This document shows, in pieces, positions 4,669-12,109 of a stretch of 35,878 nucleotides of DNA. The position numbers and the translations under genes are program-made. The notes under the pieces are model-generated. The model was not told where the DNA came from and ran no database searches. It saw only the letters and a list, made by a program, of their open reading frames with translations. Position 1 is the first letter of the stretch. Each line of letters begins with the position of its first letter. The stretch lies in IMG/VR virus record IMGVR_UViG_3300027509_000009; one strand, given 5' to 3'. The DNA is from a virus.

Positions 4669-4903
4669 TAAACTTTTAGGCGAAGACCCTGAAATTGATT
4701 TGTTGAGAGTCGAGAACGAACAATATCTTGAAGAATTGACCGAGTTGAAACATAAGTACAACGACTTAGTCGACACTTGCAATATGTATGCAGACATGGC
4801 CCGAGGTCATGGCAAGATAATCAAAGTCAAGGACGGCAACAAGAAACCGACCAAAGTTACAGTAACTGCGAAGAAGAAGAAAAAACCAACTAAGAAGAAA
4901 TAA
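4652..4903 (+). CDS. hypothetical protein with poly-lysine C-terminal tail, 83 aa
   Basis: ORF track. It overlaps the previous gene by 17 nt. The C-terminus reads KVTVTAKKKKKPTKKK. Confidence 0.6.
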   Translation: MKKIIDKLLGEDPEIDLLRVENEQYLEELTELKHKYNDLVDTCNMYADMARGHGKIIKVKDGNKKPTKVTVTAKKKKKPTKKK

Positions 4904-4915
4904 GGAAAGGAAACC

Positions 4916-6175
4916 ATGATTGAACTATACGACTACCAAAAGAAATATCTGTCAGATTTAGCTCCTAGAGCAATCATGGCAGCAGACACAGGCACAGGCA
5001 AAACATTCATGTCTCTAGCCCACTACAAAGAGCACAGCAAGCAACCACTATTGATCTTAGCACCAGCCTCAAAGATAAGAACAGGCGACTGGGAACGCGA
5101 GATAACCGAGTATTTCGGAGCAGGTAACGAGCCTGAGTACCAAATATTCAGTTATGAGAAGTTCAGCCGAGACCCAAGCGTAAAGCAATTCAAGGCTGGC
5201 GGCCGAGCTATCTGGCACCAGTTTGTTCCTAAGTTTGGTGGCGTACAACATGCTGTTATATGCGATGAGGTACACAGAGCCAAGAACCCACAGTCAGGCA
5301 TAGGCAAGCGAGTATTCGCAGCCACTAAAGATGCAGACTTCTTTATAGGTCTATCAGCGACACCATTGCCGAACGGCTGGATTGATTTTGCTAACTACTC
5401 CAAAATATTTGGTTTTGTTAAGCACATCACCCACTTTAAAAAGCGATATTGTCAAATCGAGGATTACAAAGGATTCCCCGAGATTGTGGACTACCACAGA
5501 AAAGACGAGCTAACTCAACAGTGGCAGTCTATCAGCAAGAAGCTAGACAAAGCAGACGCGCTTGACATGCCAGAACGAACATTCGTTGGCGTTAATTTCA
5601 AGCGACCAGCAAAATATGTCAAAACTATCTTGGACAGAAAAAACGATGATGGCGAAGTTTTGGACAGCGCCCCGGCACTAGCCCACGCCCTACGCCAGAC
5701 ACTTACCAGCCCGAAACTTTCTTACTTACAAGATCTTCTTGTCGGAACGACTGAAAATGTTGTTATATTCTACAACTATGTTTCAGAGCGTGAAGAAATA
5801 TTGAAGATGTTAGCTAAAAAAGACTTGAAAGACAAAGTGGTTTTTAGAATGGACGGCGAGAAGCACGAGCTACCAAAGAAAGAAGATTGGGCAGGAGTTA
5901 AAAACTCTGTCACTCTTTCACACTATAGGTCAGGCTCTACTGGCGTTGAAATGACTTATGCAACACAGGTTGTATATTTTAGCCCAACATATTCATTCGC
6001 GGATTACTTGCAGTCGATTGGCCGAGTCTACCGGAATGGTCAAAAGGAAAAAACAACTTTTTACAATTTCAGGACACCAAGTTCGATAGAGGCAGAAATC
6101 TACGAAACGCTAAGAGGCAAGAACGACTTCCAATTAGCACAATGGTTCAACAAGTTAGAACAGGACAATAAATGA
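4916..6175 (+). CDS. SNF2/DEAD-box family (SF2) helicase
   Basis: ORF track. Motif I is ADTGTGKT, motif II is CDEVHR, motif III is LSATPL and C-terminal motif VI is QSIGRVYRNGQ. An SD lies upstream. Confidence 0.9.
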   Translation: MIELYDYQKKYLSDLAPRAIMAADTGTGKTFMSLAHYKEHSKQPLLILAPASKIRTGDWEREITEYFGAGNEPEYQIFSYEKFSRDPSVKQFKAGGRAIWHQFVPKFGGVQHAVICDEVHRAKNPQSGIGKRVFAATKDADFFIGLSATPLPNGWIDFANYSKIFGFVKHITHFKKRYCQIEDYKGFPEIVDYHRKDELTQQWQSISKKLDKADALDMPERTFVGVNFKRPAKYVKTILDRKNDDGEVLDSAPALAHALRQTLTSPKLSYLQDLLVGTTENVVIFYNYVSEREEILKMLAKKDLKDKVVFRMDGEKHELPKKEDWAGVKNSVTLSHYRSGSTGVEMTYATQVVYFSPTYSFADYLQSIGRVYRNGQKEKTTFYNFRTPSSIEAEIYETLRGKNDFQLAQWFNKLEQDNK

Positions 6176-6402
6176 ATGAAAATATCCAAGTACCAACAGG
6201 AGAGTTCCGAAAATATATAGAGGTGGACGGTACTTGGAGACATGTCTATATAGTCAGCACGCATTGGCAGGTTGGTCTGTTTGGCGAAGAAACAAAGATG
6301 GTTCAATTCACTCTAACAAAAAAGTCAAAAACAATACACACTGCAGAGAGGAGCAAGTTCAAAGACCAGAAACCAAGAAAAGTCGTTGACAAGGCTCAGT
6401 AA
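6172..6402 (+). CDS. hypothetical protein, 76 aa
   Basis: ORF track. Its start overlaps the helicase stop (ATGA). Confidence 0.6.
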   Translation: MNENIQVPTGEFRKYIEVDGTWRHVYIVSTHWQVGLFGEETKMVQFTLTKKSKTIHTAERSKFKDQKPRKVVDKAQ

Positions 6403-6444
6403 GGCGTGGTACTATTAAATCATAAACAAGCAAAGGGTTTACAA

Positions 6445-6729
6445 ATGGAAAAATTGACGATTAAGTCTCTTAAAGAGATGGAAGCTGGTAGTATAATAGA
6501 CACTGGATTAGTGCTAGATAGCGCAGAGGGAATCAATGTCGATAATACTGGCAAAATGCTCAGGTGGGTCGCCTGTCGTGGTGAAATACATGACTGGTGT
6601 ATATATGTGCATTTTGCAGACAAGGACGAAAAGTTTGTCCGAGAAAGTGGCAATAAACTTAGAGGCGTTCCAAATATCAGAAAGTTAGTTGACTGCGATG
6701 ATGAAGCGCTAGATATGTATAGGCGATAA
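6445..6729 (+). CDS. hypothetical protein, 94 aa from the ATG (the track extends to a GTG at 6406)
   Basis: ORF track 6406..6729. The first ATG (MEKLTIKS...) is at 6445. The true start is uncertain. Confidence 0.6.
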   Translation: MEKLTIKSLKEMEAGSIIDTGLVLDSAEGINVDNTGKMLRWVACRGEIHDWCIYVHFADKDEKFVRESGNKLRGVPNIRKLVDCDDEALDMYRR

Positions 6730-7965
6730 ATGACCCAGGACAAAGCAATAGAAATGATGTTGGACGGCAAGAGTTTATTCTTGACTGGTGAACCAGGTGC
6801 AGGGAAAACTTATACATTAACAAAGTTTATCAAGCACTCGCGGGACCTTGGCAAGAGACTGGCTATTACTGCATCTACTGGGATTGCAGCCAGTCACATA
6901 GACGGCATTACTGTGCACTCTTGGAGTGGCCTTGGTATAAAAACCAGTATAAAGGACCATGAGCTTGATACTATGAGCTACAAGCCTTATATAGCAGATA
7001 AATACCGGCGATGTGATATCTTGATTATTGATGAGATATCCATGTTGCCGGGTTACTATCTCGACATGATAGACAGGGCAGCTCGTATGATAAGAAGAAA
7101 CGATAAGCCGTTCGGCGGGCTCCAAGTTATTCTTGTCGGTGACCTGTTCCAGCTCCCCCCAGTGTCGCAAAATGATGACCCAAGCTTTTCTCACGAGAGC
7201 GAGGCATGGAAGTCGTTAGACCTTGAAGTTGCCTATTTGACAGAGCAACACAGGCAAGGTGCAGACGATAAGCTACTTGGGTTGCTGCAGTCAATGAGAG
7301 AGGGAGACTTTTCGGACGATGAGATACAGACACTTGAGACCAGGGTTGGTCAGTCCCCTCCGGAAGAAATCACCCGACTGTATACCCACAATAAAGATGT
7401 CGACCAAATGAATCACCAAAAGCTAGAAGCTTTAGGCACTCCTATCAAGTCTTACAGAATGACTGAGAGTGGTGACGGTTACAGGGTCAAGGCTATGAAA
7501 AGGGGTATATTAGCCCCAGATATTTTGTACCTAGCTGTTGGTGCTGAGGTGATGTTTGTGGCCAATAACTGGGAAGAGGGTTTTGTGAATGGGACTAGAG
7601 GTAGAATAACCGGATTTGACGGCAATGTACCTCTAGTAGTGACTGACGATGGCAAGAAAATCCATGTCGTAGAACACTCTTGGAAATCTTACGATGAGCA
7701 AGGACAGGTGGTAATAGCAGAAGTTAAGCAATATCCTTTGAGACTTGCCTGGGCTGTAACAGTTCACAAGTCGCAGGGGATGAGCTTAGACTCTGCAGAG
7801 GTCGACCTTAGCAAAGCTTTTACCCCGGGCATGGGCTATGTAGCCCTGAGTCGGGTTAGGAGCTTGGATGGGCTGTTCCTTGTGGGGCTTGGGGGTGAGG
7901 CGTTCAGAATGGACGAAAACATCCGAGAGTTCGATAAAAAACTAAGATCAGGAAGGAGTAAATAA
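6730..7965 (+). CDS. PIF1/RecD/Dda-like SF1B helicase
   Basis: ORF track. Walker A is GEPGAGKT and Walker B is ILIIDEISM. Further motifs are LVGDLFQLPPV and, at the C-terminus, VTVHKSQGMSLD and YVALSRVRSLDGL. Confidence 0.9.
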   Translation: MTQDKAIEMMLDGKSLFLTGEPGAGKTYTLTKFIKHSRDLGKRLAITASTGIAASHIDGITVHSWSGLGIKTSIKDHELDTMSYKPYIADKYRRCDILIIDEISMLPGYYLDMIDRAARMIRRNDKPFGGLQVILVGDLFQLPPVSQNDDPSFSHESEAWKSLDLEVAYLTEQHRQGADDKLLGLLQSMREGDFSDDEIQTLETRVGQSPPEEITRLYTHNKDVDQMNHQKLEALGTPIKSYRMTESGDGYRVKAMKRGILAPDILYLAVGAEVMFVANNWEEGFVNGTRGRITGFDGNVPLVVTDDGKKIHVVEHSWKSYDEQGQVVIAEVKQYPLRLAWAVTVHKSQGMSLDSAEVDLSKAFTPGMGYVALSRVRSLDGLFLVGLGGEAFRMDENIREFDKKLRSGRSK

Positions 7966-8126
7966 TGCCTGAGGACAAATTAATAAACAGAACATTCACC
8001 CTGCCAAAGTCGCAAGACGACTGGCTGAATGATTTCATGGACGAGAAAGATCTGACTAGAAGCCAGATTATCCGCGCCATGATTAGGGACAAGATGAATG
8101 AGAAAGTGGAGGTCAAAAATGGCTAA
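7965..8126 (+). CDS. ribbon-helix-helix (CopG/Arc-like) DNA-binding protein, 53 aa
   Basis: Hand translation: MPEDKLINRTFTLPKSQDDWLNDFMDEKDLTRSQIIRAMIRDKMNEKVEVKNG. This fits a beta-strand followed by two helices. The SD GGAAGGAG lies upstream and the start overlaps the helicase stop (TAATG). It is below the ORF-track cutoff. Confidence 0.6.
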   Translation: MPEDKLINRTFTLPKSQDDWLNDFMDEKDLTRSQIIRAMIRDKMNEKVEVKNG

Positions 8127-8727
8127 TCTAGTATTAGTAATTTCTGCGAGTGGTACTGGTAAATCTAGTTCACTGCGGAATTTAAACAAGAAAGAAGCAG
8201 CAGTAGTTTTGTGCAGTGGTAAGGATTTACCATTCAAGCATGACTTGAGTACTATAGTACCTAAAACCTACATTGATGTGTTCAATGTCATTGAAAAAAG
8301 TAAAAAGCCTATTATAGTTATTGATGATATCAACTACATGATGAGCTTTGAGGAAATGAACAGGGTTGGTGAAACTGGTTATGCCAAGTTTACACAAATG
8401 GCCGGTAACATGTTCCAAGTTTTCAAACGCATAATCGACAAAGATAGTGACCAGACCTTTTACCTGTTAGCTCACGCTTCGGAAGAAGAGGACGGCAAAC
8501 TAAGGTTTAAGACTACTGGCAAAATGCTGTCAGAGAAGATTGTGCTTGAGGGTCTGACTAACATAGTGATTACAAACGAAATTGTAGATGATGAGTTTGT
8601 GTTCAGAGTCAGAACCGATGGCAAAGGTGTTAAATCACCAATGGGAATGTTTGATAAGGCGACAATACCTAACGACATAAAATTGGTAGATGACGCAATC
8701 AAAAAGTTCCAAGGTAGTAAACAATAA
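8119..8727 (+). CDS. P-loop ATPase, possibly a Sak4/AAA_24-like recombination ATPase
   Basis: ORF track 8098..8727. I prefer the ATG at 8119 (MANLVLVISASGTGKSS...) because GGAGG lies 6 nt upstream. Walker A is SASGTGKS and a Walker-B-like IIVIDDI is present. The gene sits next to the SSB-like and exonuclease genes. Confidence 0.7.
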   Translation: MANLVLVISASGTGKSSSLRNLNKKEAAVVLCSGKDLPFKHDLSTIVPKTYIDVFNVIEKSKKPIIVIDDINYMMSFEEMNRVGETGYAKFTQMAGNMFQVFKRIIDKDSDQTFYLLAHASEEEDGKLRFKTTGKMLSEKIVLEGLTNIVITNEIVDDEFVFRVRTDGKGVKSPMGMFDKATIPNDIKLVDDAIKKFQGSKQ

Positions 8728-8733
8728 TTAACA

Positions 8734-8893
8734 ATATGGACTGCTATGGGTGGTCGGTTGAGGTATAGAACTCCTTAAGAAAGTTTTATACCAAGATCCC
8801 AGCCAGTAGACAAACCAGCCAATAATGGTGATAGAATTCGCGCTTAGGCAAGGAAAAATCAGATCGAAGCCGACCCCTGATAGCAGTCCATAT
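8734..8893 (+). other. 160-nt intergenic element closed by a perfect 14-bp inverted repeat (structured RNA/DNA element or MITE-like insertion)
   Basis: ATATGGACTGCTAT (8734..8747) is the exact reverse complement of ATAGCAGTCCATAT (8880..8893). An inner helix pairs GGTCGG (8752..8757) with CCGACC (8870..8875). An internal hairpin pairs 8762-8772 with 8782-8792. There is no credible ORF inside. Confidence 0.4.
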
Positions 8894-9091
8894 AAATAAA
8901 GTAAATTAACAAATTAGTAAAGCTGTTGCAGGTGAGTAACTGACTTAACTAGTCAGCGCTACGCTAGTTGGGCAACCATGACGGTGGCAGCCAACGCGCA
9001 CTCCAGCCGGTCTGGATATTAAAAATACGCCACTTAAAAACGCTAGTCACTTGCACTGGCTTTACTAATTAAATAAGATAAGGAGACAATT

Positions 9092-9652
9092 ATGTCAAAA
9101 GTAGCAGATGTAAGTTTTAGTGACGAAGAAAAAGAAGAGATGGGCGGAGCGTATTTTGAATTAGGGATACACAAGGTTAAAGTCCTTTCAGTAGAATTTG
9201 ACCAGACAGAGGGTGATGACCCTAGAGTCTTCGCAGAATTCGTAGTAGTAGACCCAGACAATATCGAAAAAGAGGGCAAAGCTCGTCTATGGTTCCACAC
9301 TACAGGCGCTCGTAAATATAGCTTTAACACTATTAAGGGTATGTTCTCGCACAACGCTAAAGAAGAGAACAAAGAAGCTATCTCTAAGAAAGTTGATGCT
9401 GTTAAAGGAACTAAAGATCTTGCAAAGCTTTGTGAAGCTCTTATTGAAAAGGAAGTTTGGTATCAAGTCTCAGAAGACCCTAACCGAACCTACACTAAAG
9501 ATGGCAAAACCTATAATAGCTACAATCGTAATGTGACCGGGTATGAGCCAGCACCAGCAAAAGTTAGTGCCCCAGAAGCAGACTCAGACTCAGCCCCAGC
9601 AGCAGCGCCAGCAGAAACAGCAGCCGACGATGTAAACATGGCAGACTTTTAA
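9092..9652 (+). CDS. putative ssDNA-binding protein with acidic C-terminal tail ending in DF
   Basis: ORF track, with the strong SD AAGGAG upstream. It sits between the ATPase and the exonuclease. The low-complexity acidic tail reads APEADSDSAPAAAPAETAADDVNMADF. The functional call is inferred from context and the tail only. Confidence 0.45.
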   Translation: MSKVADVSFSDEEKEEMGGAYFELGIHKVKVLSVEFDQTEGDDPRVFAEFVVVDPDNIEKEGKARLWFHTTGARKYSFNTIKGMFSHNAKEENKEAISKKVDAVKGTKDLAKLCEALIEKEVWYQVSEDPNRTYTKDGKTYNSYNRNVTGYEPAPAKVSAPEADSDSAPAAAPAETAADDVNMADF

Positions 9653-10383
9653 TGAAGTTTAAATACTCGGCAGCCCCGCAGTTGAGCGAAGAGTGGATTG
9701 GTCTTGGGATGGGGGTTGTTACAGCAAGCAACCTCTATCGCTGGGAAGCAGTCTCGAAAAAAGATGGAGTTACACCATTAAAAGCTCGAGCTGATTACGA
9801 GAAAGAGTTGATGTTCGAGAGACAGTTTAACCAAACATTCTCTAAGTTCGTTAGTGGGGCTATGAGAGACGGGACTGAGTTCGAGGCTTTCGCCCGCAAG
9901 GAGTATGAAAGAGTTACAGGGAACACTGTTGAAGAAGTCGGTTGTTGGTACAATGAATTCTTCCGAGCAAGCCCAGATGGTAATGTAAAAGAGCCAAATA
10001 TCAAGGACCCCCAAGGCCATCTTGAGATTAAGTGGCTTAAAGACACTAACTGGACAGAGGTGCTATTGACCAAAAAGCCTTATGTCTCTAATGGCCAAGC
10101 AGATCACTGGAAACAGTGTCAGGGTCAAATGTTCGCTAGTGGCTTAAAGTGGACTGATTATGCAGCTTGTAATGAAACTACTGGCAAAATGATAATCATA
10201 AGGGTGTTCCCAGACAAGGAATACTTCAAATCCCTTGAGGCCTCCCTAAAACAACCAATAGTGATGGAAAAATTTGACCTTGATGGGGTACATGAGATAG
10301 GGGACCCTATTGCAGAAAAAGATTTAACAGTAGACCCTATCGAAAAGCCAACAATAACAAAAGATGAACTTAAGGATTTCTAA
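9652..10383 (+). CDS. YqaJ / lambda-Exo-like PD-(D/E)XK exonuclease
   Basis: ORF track. The sequence RASPDG...LEIKWLK matches the PD...(D/E)xK catalytic pattern. Size and recombination-module context fit the call. Confidence 0.8.
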   Translation: MKFKYSAAPQLSEEWIGLGMGVVTASNLYRWEAVSKKDGVTPLKARADYEKELMFERQFNQTFSKFVSGAMRDGTEFEAFARKEYERVTGNTVEEVGCWYNEFFRASPDGNVKEPNIKDPQGHLEIKWLKDTNWTEVLLTKKPYVSNGQADHWKQCQGQMFASGLKWTDYAACNETTGKMIIIRVFPDKEYFKSLEASLKQPIVMEKFDLDGVHEIGDPIAEKDLTVDPIEKPTITKDELKDF

Positions 10384-10391
10384 GGAGGAAT

Positions 10392-11003
10392 ATGGCAGAC
10401 AATTCAAAATTCAATAAGAGGACGATGGAGAATATCCACAAGATGTATTTTCTGGTAAGGGAGTACCCTCAAAAGAAAATAACAGACATGAACAAGGAAA
10501 CTCAAGAGGACAATGGCATCGCCGGACTCTTCCAAACATCGCCAATAGACTTCAATATCGCAGCATGGGGCGCAGTTGAACTAGGTTTAATCGGCATAAA
10601 TGATGACAAAAGCGTCGAGTTTAAGCCTTTGCCAGTAGGTTTCGAGTGGGAATTTGGCGAACTTGTAAATCACCTTATGGAGATGATCCCTTACGCCATA
10701 GGCAAGGTTAACGAGGGCGAAGACGATGTAGAGGAAAACTACCTTGCTAACTGGACTGCGGGATTCCCAGCCCATGATGTAATGATTGCAATGAGAAGAC
10801 TGATAGAATTAGAGGTTCTCAGTACTTACGATGTTAGCACTCAAAGTGAAGTCAAAGCCAACAGGGCTCAAAAGCGTAAAGGTGCTAAAGATGAGGTCAT
10901 TGTAGACACCTATACATTCTTCACTTTAGCGGCCAATGCAGACAAGAGATGGGGTGAAAAACAGTTTGCAAACAAAGAAAAGCTCCAAAGTCAAGGTAAA
11001 TAG
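10392..11003 (+). CDS. hypothetical protein, 203 aa
   Basis: ORF track, with the SD AAGGAGG upstream. Confidence 0.65.
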   Translation: MADNSKFNKRTMENIHKMYFLVREYPQKKITDMNKETQEDNGIAGLFQTSPIDFNIAAWGAVELGLIGINDDKSVEFKPLPVGFEWEFGELVNHLMEMIPYAIGKVNEGEDDVEENYLANWTAGFPAHDVMIAMRRLIELEVLSTYDVSTQSEVKANRAQKRKGAKDEVIVDTYTFFTLAANADKRWGEKQFANKEKLQSQGK

Positions 11004-11051
11004 TGTATAATGGGGTTGTCTTACTTCGGTTAGACAAACCCATTTGCTTGC

Positions 11052-11085
11052 AGAGAGCTCCTTTATCGGGGCTCTCTTCTTTTTT
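11052..11085 (+). terminator. rho-independent terminator
   Basis: The stem pairs AGAGAGCTCC (11052..11061) with GGGGCTCTCT (11068..11077). The loop is 6 nt and is followed by TCTTTTTT. Confidence 0.7.
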
Positions 11086-11097
11086 GAAAGTAGGATT

Positions 11098-11244
11098 ATG
11101 ATGTTAAAAGCTAGAAAAATAGAATGGAAAGGCAAGGTCGATGCAGTTTGGGATTATGAATTATTCGTCGGAGTTATAAAAAGCTGGATGAAAAAAGACA
11201 AAATCACAAAAGAGCAAGCCCTTGATAAATGGTTTGATATATGA
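11098..11244 (+). CDS. hypothetical small protein, 48 aa
   Basis: It lies in frame with track ORF 11044..11244, but that TTG-start extension runs through the terminator hairpin. The ATG at 11098 (MMLKARKIEW...) follows AGGA. Confidence 0.45.
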   Translation: MMLKARKIEWKGKVDAVWDYELFVGVIKSWMKKDKITKEQALDKWFDI

Positions 11245-11513
11245 GCGAGGTAGATGAGATTAGAGCCTTGATGGGGGACACCCAGGTAAGTAAAACGGAT
11301 GAGTATTTCGTGATGGCACAGTGTCTTGTTTGTTATGACTGGACAGAGATTGAGGGCACGCTGGAGATGCATGTCGAGCTGAACGGTTACACCAGGGGTC
11401 GGAGCTGTCGTTGCGGAGGGGCGTTCGACATCTCCTCTGTTATAAGTACTCGGAGTTTTAATCCTGATGCGGGGAAAAAGAGAAGACCTACTGGACATAA
11501 GCGCAAGCGTTGA
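11241..11513 (+). CDS. hypothetical Cys-rich protein with basic C-terminus, 90 aa
   Basis: ORF track. It contains CLVC...CRC cysteines and the tail KKRRPTGHKRKR. By eye it is GC-richer than the surrounding early genes. Confidence 0.6.
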   Translation: MSEVDEIRALMGDTQVSKTDEYFVMAQCLVCYDWTEIEGTLEMHVELNGYTRGRSCRCGGAFDISSVISTRSFNPDAGKKRRPTGHKRKR

Positions 11514-11543
11514 TGTATAATAGATAAGGTTTCATCCACGCCT

Positions 11544-11583
11544 AGGCCGACTGTATTGCGAGATCAGTCGGCCTTTATTTTTT
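11544..11583 (+). terminator. rho-independent terminator 1 at the end of the rightward operon
   Basis: A 10-bp stem pairs AGGCCGACTG (11544..11553) with CAGTCGGCCT (11565..11574). It is followed by TTATTTTTT. Confidence 0.75.
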
Positions 11584-11595
11584 AGCAGGTTATGA

Positions 11596-11634
11596 AGCCC
11601 CCAGACCAATGATAGTCTGGGGGCTTTTTTGTTT
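11596..11634 (+). terminator. rho-independent terminator 2 (an A-run on the other side may allow bidirectional use)
   Basis: An 11-bp stem pairs AGCCCCCAGAC (11596..11606) with GTCTGGGGGCT (11615..11625). It is followed by TTTTTGTTT. Confidence 0.7.
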
Positions 11635-11688
11635 AGCATGAGACCACGATGAAGTGATTTCATCCCATGCTGGCCTTGTCGGGGCGTA

Positions 11689-11943
11689 CTAGATATGGAG
11701 TTGCAGTTGTTCACTGCTCTTTACTCCACCACCTCCTTGGGTGAATCCAAACAGGTTGAGTATGCGCTCCCGGCGTTGGTAGGTGTTTCTTTCTTCCCGG
11801 CGATAACGCCGTTCTGATTGAATCTCTACCATGCAGATGTGCGCCTCGCGGACTTCATCTGGGGTGGAGTTGAGATCTTCTGCGACCACAGTGTTGTAGC
11901 GCATCAGCGCGTGCAACAAGTCATCGCTATAGGTTTCATACAT
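11689..11943 (-). CDS. hypothetical 84-aa protein (moron-like, Arg/Glu-rich centre, GGGG near the C-terminus)
   Basis: Track ORF 11689..11985. I prefer the internal ATG at 11943 (MYETYSDDLLH...) because GAGGAG lies 8 nt upstream. It is GC-richer than its neighbours and sits downstream of the tail-fibre stop with its own promoter-like sequence. Confidence 0.5.
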   Translation of the reverse strand: MYETYSDDLLHALMRYNTVVAEDLNSTPDEVREAHICMVEIQSERRYRREERNTYQRRERILNLFGFTQGGGGVKSSEQLQLHI

Positions 11944-12071
11944 AACTTCTTCTCCTCTTCCGAGATCGTCTGCGCCTAAGCACAAATTGGTTGTGCCTGT
12001 GCAACTGTTTGTTTATGGGTTTCACTAGAACCCCTTTCAATGTGCCAAGGGGATTTCCCTTAACTGCTACT

Positions 12072-12101
12072 AGTATATACCTGTTTTAGCGTTAGCGCTA
12101 A
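12072..12101 (-). promoter_or_regulatory. candidate promoter overlapping a palindrome, upstream of the 84-aa gene
   Basis: Read on the minus strand: TTAGCG (12101..12096), an 18-nt spacer, then TATACT (12077..12072). The -35 hexamer is one arm of the hairpin/palindrome TTAGCG-TTAG-CGCTAA (12086..12101). Confidence 0.35.
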
Positions 12102-12109
12102 TTTGCCCC

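Noticed and set aside
11005-11041. A perfect TATAAT (11006..11011) followed by a UUCG-type hairpin (11012..11041), considered as a promoter plus attenuator for the last two rightward genes.
   Set aside because: I can find no acceptable -35 hexamer or correctly spaced TG extension upstream. The hairpin lacks a T-run. The evidence is insufficient to call either feature.
11044-11097. TTG-initiated N-terminal extension of the 11044..11244 ORF.
   Set aside because: The extension is translated from the stem-loop and T-run of the terminator at 11052..11085. The ATG at 11098, preceded by AGGA, is the more plausible start.
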